From Octopus vulgaris (Eukaryota): a stretch of DNA of 64,000 nucleotides. The notes under the pieces were generated by a model. It saw nothing but the letters and a program-made list of their open reading frames with translations. It was not told where the DNA came from and ran no database searches. The position numbers were made by a program, and so were the translations under genes. Location: positions 40,610,001-40,674,000 of the forward strand of contig OX597839.1 in assembly GCA_951406725.2 (NCBI GenBank), read 5' to 3'. Positions 53,827-64,000 of this stretch are shown piece by piece; position 1 is the first letter of the stretch; each line of letters opens with the position of its first letter.

Positions 53827-54576
53827 CATACTTATGCTTTTGATAATGCGACCGTGATGCAGGACTGCGTTTATTTGAAAAGGGATCTATGTCCTCAAAC
53901 CGACCAACTGTGAACAGAAAGTATATGAGGGTGCCTGGTCCTAACAAGCGATGCATGACCAGTAGACTGTCGAGAGGAAAATGTAGAGAAGATCAAGAAA
54001 ATACGTGATTATGAAATCTTCGCTGTTGTGAGTCCCGAGTATGATATCAATGAATCTACTACTTCAGACATTTCCGGTAGTGATTCATTTATCGCAGATT
54101 GATTAATCGCTGATTCATTTGTCACTGATGTATTTAATAGTGTCCTTTATTTCATTTTAACCAAACTCCTGTAAAAGACGACGATAGATGGATTAATTCT
54201 TCTCCATTCAGACAATTTCTAAAATATAAACTTTACATTCTGCTGATTAATGCCAAACATCCGAATTCCGTTAAAATCTGTTCACAATGAACTAAAGTAA
54301 ATATGGCTGCTGCTTTTCTTTTTCTTTTACAAATAAATATTAAATCTATTGCTTAGAGTCTGTCTGCTAATTGCACTGTCAGGTGTATGTATGTATGTAT
54401 CTGTGAGTATATATGATTTCATTTATCTGTATGTGGGTGTGTGCGTTGTGTATATATGTATGTATAAATACATGCATATATGTATTAATATATATATATA
54501 TATACGTATATTAGTGTATATATATATATGTGTGTGTATGTGTGACTTCGTATCCTTGTGTGTACGTATATTAGTG

Positions 54577-54614
<38 letters not shown>

Positions 54615-54953
54615 CATGTGTGTGTGTTGGTATAAATATATACACATAAATGTATACATACAAACATACCTTCATACTCATGTATCATCAAGTATATGTA
54701 TACACACGCATATACGCACATGCACTGGAACACTCTCACACACATGTATATGTGTGTGTTTAGGTATGTATTTATGTATGTTTAAATGTATATATAAATG
54801 TATGTGTATGTTTGCCTGTCTGTCTGTCTATCTGTCTAGCTAGCTATCACTGTATCTCACACACTCTCCCCTATACTGTATATGTGTGTGCGCGTGTATG
54901 TGTGTATGTATGCATGTATTTATATACATGTGCATCCATAGACATATAGATAC

Positions 54954-54987
<34 letters not shown>

Positions 54988-55037
54988 GTGTATATATATA
55001 TATATATATGTGTATATATATATATATAAATATATAT

Positions 55038-55107
<70 letters not shown>

Positions 55108-55211
55108 TATATTATGTATATATATATATCCTTGTTTTTGTGCGTATGTGTTTCTGCACATACCACTGAGCAGATCTATCCGATCTGTATCCACGACGAA
55201 CGGGCCAAAAG

Positions 55212-55246
55212 TAGCTCCACCTAGCGGCTAACGTTAAATACTGCAA
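55212..55246 (-). promoter_or_regulatory. Candidate CTCF-binding site
   Basis: Minus-strand tagccgctaggtggagcta resembles the CTCF core, with an upstream tgcag. Confidence 0.35.
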
Positions 55247-55973
55247 AACGGAATAAAACGGACTGTTTATAGGAATTAAAATATTTCGTTTCATATCTTG
55301 CCAATTTGATAGATTGATCAATTGACTGCGTTATATAAATATCTTTTAATTTATTATCATTGTTGTTGTTGTTGTTGTTGTTGTTCTTTTTCTTCTTCTT
55401 GATTGTGTGGTTGGAAAAGGTGGAGCTGGTGGCGTTGGATATACTTCCGGTTGTGTTCTTGTTGTTCTTGCTGAGGTCGCAGTTGCCGTTTCCTTTCTTT
55501 CATGATTGGTCTTGTAGTCGATGTTGTTAGCTTTAGTAGTGATGATGAAGGTGATGATGGTGATGTTGGTGATGGTGGTGGTGGTGATTGTTATGTTGCT
55601 AGTGGTGATGGTTATTGCCATGGTATTAAAAGAAAAAAAGAGTAAGTAAAATTTCTGTTAAAAGAAGAAAGGAAAATGTATTTTCTTTATTTAAACGTTG
55701 TACAGAAATTGTTTCTTTGCACTGGGTAGATGGCGAAAACTGTGAAGTTTGGTTGGATATTACTTGCACATCTCTCTATGTGTTCACTCAAAAGAATCTG
55801 TCTGTACTGTGGGAAACGGTTCTGTTCCTTATGTAGTGTGGTTCTCCGTCTAACTGTCATACTTGTCCGCCCTATATGGTTATGTGCACAGCCTGAACCA
55901 GTTATAACATAAATAAAATAAATACGCAAACTTACATGTACACGCATACACACACACACACACACATACACAC

Positions 55974-56013
<40 letters not shown>

Positions 56014-56111
56014 TATATGTGTGTATGAATATGTGCAGATCTGTATATTTACTTTATGCATATCGGTTTTTATGTATATTTTATGTATGCGTATGGTTAG
56101 ACATGCTCGTG

Positions 56112-56142
<31 letters not shown>

Positions 56143-56459
56143 TTGTATGTATGTATGTATGTATGTTTGTATGTATGTATGTATGTATGTTTGTATGTAT
56201 GTATGTATGTATGTATGTATGTATGTATGTATGTATGTATTTCTGTATTCATGTATGTAGTTATGTTTATCTAATCGCTTTGTTGATACCATGAGCTCCA
56301 CTGCTTGACTGGTACCTCAATTTATCGACACCCAAATCGATGAAAGGTAAACATGCCCCCGGCGTGATTGCAGCGAACAACATGAAGAAGCGATTCTCTT
56401 CTTTTCTCCTTTATCTTCTCATTTCCTGCTCTTAATCTTTTTAATTTGGCCTCTCACCC

Positions 56460-56771
56460 TTTCTTCTTCTTCTTCTTCTTCTTCTTCTTCTTCTTCTTCT
56501 TCTTCTTTTTCTTTTTCTTCTTCTTCTTCTTCTTCTTCTTCTTCTTCTTTTTCTTCTTTTTCTTCTTCTTCTTCTTCTTCTTCTTCTTCTTCTTCTTCTT
56601 CTTCTTCTTCTTCTTCTTCTTCTCCTTCTTCTTCTCCTTCTCGTCCTCCTTCTTGTCCTCCTCCTCCTCCACCACATCCTCCTCCTCCTACTACTACTAC
56701 TACAACTACTACAACTACTACTACTTCTCATCCTCCTCCTTCATCTTTTTCCTCTTCTTCTTCTACTATTG

Positions 56772-56820
<49 letters not shown>

Positions 56821-57354
56821 AGGATAATGATATCCAATAATACTACTACTACTACTTCTCCCTCTCCACTTCACTTTCATCTACCCGTTTCTTCTCCTCA
56901 TTCTTCACCTCACCTCATGCTTCCGCCCATTTCTGCCGTTACTCTCCTACTTCCGTCTTGCGTCTCTTTCTTCTTCTTCCGACTTCCACAACCAACCACC
57001 CTGTCGTTCGCCTCTTCCTTCTCCTCCAGTAATCTCTGAATCCCCCATCCTCTCCTACGTCGTCATCGTAAACCTAACCATTATGGCGTCTATTAACGGC
57101 AGATACGATGAACCGACGTATCAAAGCAACAGCGTTTCTCTTCAACATCAAAAACCTTTCATCCGTCGCCTTTCATCTCGACTCAATGACAGGCGACAGC
57201 GACGACAAATGTATAATCAATTGCTACACGACAATTTGTCATCATCAACGTTCTCATCATCATTAATATCATCGTTCTAATCATCATCATCGTCATCATC
57301 ATCATTATCATCACCGTCGTCGCCCTCGTTTTCTTCACCCATCATCGCAGTAAT

Positions 57355-57402
<48 letters not shown>

Positions 57403-57575
57403 TATCATCATCATCATAATCATCACCACCACCATTACCACCACCATCATCATCATTATCATCATCATCATCATCATCAACACTATCATCGTTCAAATCA
57501 TTATCATCATCATCATCATCCTCACCACCACCACCATCACCACCACCACCATCATCATCATCATCACCACCATCG

Positions 57576-57606
<31 letters not shown>

Positions 57607-57621
57607 CACCACCACCACCAT

Positions 57622-57653
<32 letters not shown>

Positions 57654-57968
57654 TCATCATCACCATCATTGTCATCATCACCATCATCGTCATCCTCATC
57701 ATGATCCTTGTGTTCGTCGTTGTCGTCGTTGTCATCACTCTCCTCATCGTCTCCGCCGTCATCATCAGCACCACCAATGACACTGTCGTCATGGTTGACG
57801 TCGTTATTTTTTGCCATCGTTGCCCTCTCCTCCTCCTCTTCCACCTCGTCCCCCACCTACTACTACTACTACTACTACTACTCACCTCAACATTTTCCCC
57901 TCCTCATCTTTATCCTCTCCATCATCATCACTATCATCATCATCGTCACCACCATCATCATCATTATC

Positions 57969-58009
<41 letters not shown>

Positions 58010-58010
58010 T
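56460..58010. repeat. Compound trinucleotide region: (CTT)n, (CTA)n, (CAT/CAC)n with short unique spacers
   Basis: Direct reading. Confidence 0.9.
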
Positions 58011-58199
58011 TTCGATCACTAAACTCCATAGTCTCTGCCAACCAGCTGAGATTTGAAGTCACTTCCAATTAAGCAATGTTTCGTTAAACCGAATATGTCT
58101 CTATATACCCAGTATTGAGTTCTTTTCATCAATAACGGTTCGTTGCTTGTTGTTGTTTTTTCCATATATCGACAAACCTAATATTTACACACCTACACA

Positions 58200-58280
58200 C
58201 TGCTGAGGGGCATCACGAGAGAACTGAGATTCAGGACGGGCGTGTCTGCATACGCGGACGATGTCACCGTCATAGTGTCT
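58200..58280 (+). pseudogene. Tiny L1/Tx1-like RT remnant
   Basis: LRGITREL..GVSAYADDVTVIVS, containing the YADD motif. Confidence 0.6.
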
Positions 58281-58283
58281 GTT

Positions 58284-58332
<49 letters not shown>

Positions 58333-58339
58333 GTCTGTC

Positions 58340-58409
<70 letters not shown>

Positions 58410-58657
58410 AAGCGATGTATAGGTTTTGCGGAAACCATGGTACGCTTTGTTTTCTGTCTTTATTATCATCTTATAATCATCTCATAATAATGACTTTTAT
58501 GACTCTTATTACTACCTCAGTCCATCTAAATCTATATATTTGTCGTTACCTGTCATAAAAAGCCTTTTTTATTTACAATGTGCATTTTCGTTGATTTTTC
58601 ATATTTTACCCTTACATTTCCACGTGTATTTTATATTTTCTTTTTGTAACATATTTC

Positions 58658-58777
<120 letters not shown>

Positions 58778-58819
58778 CTATTTGTCTGTCTGCCTGTGTG
58801 TATGCATGCATGTATCTAA

Positions 58820-59107
58820 GTGAAGGCGCGTGGCTTAGTGGTTAGGGCATTCGGATTACGATCGTAAGGTCATGAGTTTGATTCCACGCAGAGCTATATG
58901 TTCCTGAGCAATACGCTTTATTTCATATTGGTCCCGGTCACTCAACAGGCAATAGTGAGTAGTACCTGTATTTGAAAGGGCCAGCCTTTTTCACACTGAA
59001 TCTATTTGAGAATTCCCTAAAAGCTACGCATATCTGGGTAGTACTCAGCCCTTTGTACGTTGATTTCCGGTGCAGGCTGTTCCGTTGATCAGATCAATTC
59101 GAACTTT
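58820..59107 (+). mobile_element. SINE with a type C head and tail 1
   Basis: ggcgcgtggcttagtggttaggg head, then tacctgtatttgaaagggcc...caggctgttccgttgat as in 8992-9130. Confidence 0.7.
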
Positions 59108-59230
59108 GTAACTAACGTATGTATATATGTGTGTATATAAATATGTATAAATGAATATATAATTGCGAAGATATTAAGTACGTTTCAATGTAAGTTTTGC
59201 CTGAGCAAATGTATGGATGTATAGGTGTGC

Positions 59231-59757
<527 letters not shown>

Positions 59758-59912
59758 CGTTGATGGTTTCGTGTACCGAAACTTCGAGGTCACTTTCAAT
59801 GTTATTGTTAAGAGATAATAAATTTGTATTCTGCCAAATGTATTTGAGCAATCCTTCAATTTAATTTTAAAGTTTTCAAACTTCAATATATGTGCATGTG
59901 TGTATGTAAATA

Positions 59913-60002
<90 letters not shown>

Positions 60003-60314
60003 GTGGAGGCGCAATGACCCATTGGTTAGGGCAGTGGACTCGCGGTTGTAGGATCGCGGTTTCGAGTCCCAGACCGGGCGTTGTGAGTGTTTAGTGAGCG
60101 AAAACACCTAAAACTCCTCGCGGCTCCGGCAGGGGTTGGTGGCGATCCCTGCTGTACTCTTTCGCCACAACATTCTCTCACTATTTCTACTGTTGGCCTG
60201 CTCGCTTAGCCAGCGGGGTGGCGCCATTTGAAGGCTAAAACAATGCAAAGAGCATTGTGACCAGCGATGTGTAGCAACATCTGATAACCTGGTCGGTCAC
60301 GGTGATCACGGTGA
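60003..60314 (+). mobile_element. SINE type B with tail 2
   Basis: Homologous to 46381-46681. Confidence 0.85.
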
Positions 60315-60383
60315 TATATATATACACATATGCGTGTGTGACAGTATACGTCTGCTTGTAAGTGTGTGTGTGGTGTGCTTGTA

Positions 60384-60419
<36 letters not shown>

Positions 60420-60515
60420 TGTGTGTGTAAGTGAGTTATGCTCCACCGATTCTTTAAAAGTACTTCAAGTGACGAAATAGAAGATAAAACATATTGTCCA
60501 AACCTGAAAAAGTGC

Positions 60516-60557
<42 letters not shown>

Positions 60558-61003
60558 ACACACACACACATTCGCACATACGTACACACTCATACATACA
60601 CAAGGTAATACATGTGTGTGCGTGTATGTGTGAAAGTAACAGAGAGACAGGCTGACAGACACACAGACAGACGTGAGAGACAAAAACATGAATATATAGG
60701 ACATTGTTTTTGAGTGTGTGTGTGTGTGTGTCTGTGGAGGGTTTGTGTCAGTGTGTGTGGTGATGTAGTGGGCGGTCCTTAGATTAATATTATATCAGGG
60801 GTGTGCTTATAATGCCCACACAAGCACAAATAAATACAAACATACACATGCACAAATATACATATATATGCATATGTATATATATATACACATATATACA
60901 CGTTTGTATAAATATTTGTGTGTGTATATATGTGTATATATAGATTTATATATACTTATATATACATGCTCTCGTATATATGTACATATATACATATGTG
61001 TGC

Positions 61004-61043
<40 letters not shown>

Positions 61044-61194
61044 ATGTATATACACATATTTCCACACCCACACGCACATACATATATTCACACACAGATA
61101 GTTAGATAGAAAGATAGATTGACAGACAGACATAAGCTTACAAATAAATCCACACACACAAACACAAACACACACACACACGCACGCACATACA

Positions 61195-61360
61195 CACTCA
61201 CGATCACATTCTCACACACGCACACACACAATCACAATCACATTCTCACACACACTCACGATCACATTCTCACACACACACAATCACAATCACATTCTCA
61301 CACACACTCACGATCACATTCTCACACACACACACTCACGATCACATTCTCACACACACA
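61195..61360 (+). repeat. CA-derived minisatellite (caRtcacattctcacacac core, about 6 copies)
   Basis: atcacattctcacacac recurs at about 25-36 bp spacing. Confidence 0.85.
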
Positions 61361-62247
61361 CACACACACACATTTCTACTTAGTCACACAAGCGCCATGA
61401 CCTCCCTGAAAAGACATCTATACATATAAATTAGCACACACACACACACACACACAAACATATATCCACACACACACACATATATCCACACACACACACA
61501 CACATACCCACACACATCTCCATTATCAGCCATAATTAAATGAAATGATATTTATTACGTGACCCTATATATTTCTTTTCATCTTTCGTAACATTCTTTA
61601 TTGATTGAGGAAAACAAAGAAGCGAGTGGAATTTCACCAAATTTTTACTAAAACAGGGTGTGTATTAATTTATATATATACAGACCAGATGTTTAATGTG
61701 CGATGGTTTGGCGATTTGAGAGAGCAGGTGCGTGTGGGGTCGGAGTTGGAGAGGTGTGTCTTTAGATACTCAAATATATGTATTATTCACGTTATGTTCA
61801 CGTGCGTTTGTGTATGTACATGTGTGCGTGTATATATGGTAGGAGTATGTTTATATATGCGAGAGAGTATATACATTTATATATATATATACGTATATAT
61901 GCATGTATATATGATATATAATATACATATATATATATATGTATATATATATGATATTATAATATACATATATATATATGTGTGTATGTAGATATATATG
62001 ATATATAATATGCATGTATATATGTGTGTATATATATTTATGTATATATATATACATATATATATAAATATATATATATATGGATATATATATGTATATG
62101 GATATATGTATATATATCGTATAAATCCAAACGAAAGCGTAGGTGCATATACATATGTGTGATTAAGCACATATATATATATATAATATAATATAATATA
62201 ATTTTTTAACATAATATATAATATATATGTTGATGTATGTAAGTATG

Positions 62248-62293
<46 letters not shown>

Positions 62294-62607
62294 TATAATA
62301 TAATATAATTTTTTAACATAGTATATAATATATATACATATACATGTTGATGCATGTAAGTATGTATATATATATATATATCATATCTATACATAAACAC
62401 ATATACATACACTCATATACACCTACATAATGTATATATATGTGGTAAATTAAGGACGAATGATAGAAGATATATGTGTGTGTACACATGCATAGACTAA
62501 AACTGTAAATTGTAAATAACTTCCATTATATTTATGAAAATTCTAAAGTTAATTCATCAATCAATAAGCATACACACACACACACACTCACAGGCACACC
62601 CGCACAC

Positions 62608-62642
<35 letters not shown>

Positions 62643-63117
62643 TGAATGTATATATATGTATGTATCTGTATATATATATAATAATAATGTGTGTGTGTGT
62701 ATGTACATTATATATATCATGTATATATATATATATATTTATAAATTTATATTTTAGATATTACAATTTTAAAATTTTAAATATTTTAACAAGTCTTATT
62801 GTATAATTTTGTATTCTATATTAATACTGATTGTTATGTAATGATTTAGTTATCGAGGTTCTGTATAATTATTCGATTTTAACTCTAAAAAAAATACATA
62901 TATATATATATATATATATAGAAAATATAAAAATATAAAAAATATTAAAATATATAAAAATTTATAAATATAAATTAATAATTTTAATTTTAAATTTAAA
63001 TAATCTGAAACTCAGAGTTTTATCTTGACTATCGAGTAATGTAACATATTAGTGTATATTTCCTCTATTTACATAATATTGAGGTCTCTTTCTTTCTTTT
63101 GTTATCTTACCGTTTTA

Positions 63118-63169
<52 letters not shown>

Positions 63170-63278
63170 AGTAGGTGAATGAATTATCCTAGCATGGAAA
63201 ATTCCATCAACCGATACCTGTGGTCACCATGTAGGCAATCATCAACATTTTTTGTTCGTCTTGTGGCTGAGAGAGGCT

Positions 63279-63372
63279 CCTTATCTTTCCTGATGAGAAG
63301 ATTGCATAATGCACCCTTTATTCCTTCGGAATAAAAGTATGCCGTCTTCGAAACATGTGTCGAGAGTAAAGG
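63279..63372 (+). ncRNA. Type I hammerhead ribozyme with branched stem II
   Basis: Stem I cctt-at-ctttc / gagag-ta-aagg; CTGATGA 63290-63296; stem II gaaga/tcttc (G10.1-C11.1); GAAA 63350-63353; stem III ACATGTGT; GUC cleavage after 63361. Confidence 0.8.
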
Positions 63373-63413
63373 AATTTGGTTAACATCTTCGGTCGACTCC
63401 ATTCTTTCATTTA

Positions 63414-63509
<96 letters not shown>

Positions 63510-64000
63510 CATATCATGTATATATATGTATATATGTATAACATATATATATATATGGATATATATTTGTGTGTAGAAAGTGCCAAGGAAATATAGTGTG
63601 TGCCTCTGCGTGTGTGTTTGTGTGAGTACGTGTATTTTTGTGTGCATGTGTGATTGTGTTAGATTAATTTCCTCCATACCATTGCGTTGACATCCTGTTG
63701 GTTAGTTTGAAATAAAATGCTCAGGTTGATTTCTTCGACGAAACCCGTCAGTGTGATGCTCCAGCATGTCTGCGATCCAATGAATGAAACAAGTAAACAA
63801 ACGTTGAGAAAGAAAGCCGAAATACATCTGCGGAATACACGGCCACTTACACGAAAATTACATAATTATTAAATTGGATCGAACAATTTATTACACATCG
63901 TCGAACGTGATGGAGATCCATTTGCCAATGTAGACACACTGTTTATGAGAATTACAAATGCATTTAACCATCTTTTATAAACAATGTTAAATTTTATATC

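Noticed and set aside
63000-63120. GAAA-ctc-a-gag-TT half motif before (TA)n
   Set aside because: No 5' core is visible; it is possibly a pLTR remnant but is unsupported on its own.

Overview
Eukaryotic, AT-rich, microsatellite-dense genomic DNA. The SINE families, 5S sequence and microsatellite load are most consistent with an octopus (coleoid cephalopod); this is an inference. No host protein-coding gene can be supported, and almost all listed ORFs are microsatellite artefacts. The window contains: a 5'-truncated but uninterrupted Penelope-like (Neptune-type) retroelement with RT and GIY-YIG endonuclease inserted in (TA)n (41091-43862); fragments of HERO/NeSL-like, R4/Dong-like, CR1-group, RTE-like and L1/Tx1-like LINEs; mariner and probable hAT remnants; two non-autonomous Helitrons; many copies of four tRNA-derived SINE types, including tandem arrays and shuffled head/tail modules; and a solitary 5S rRNA copy. 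The most striking unexplained signal is a set of about ten sequence-diverse hammerhead ribozyme (HHR) or HHR-like cassettes, mostly in short islands between microsatellites. These include a mirror-image HHR pair (14080-14220), a clean HHR with a branched stem II (63279-63372), and a 16x33-bp minisatellite built from the 3' half of a hammerhead (4822-5349).
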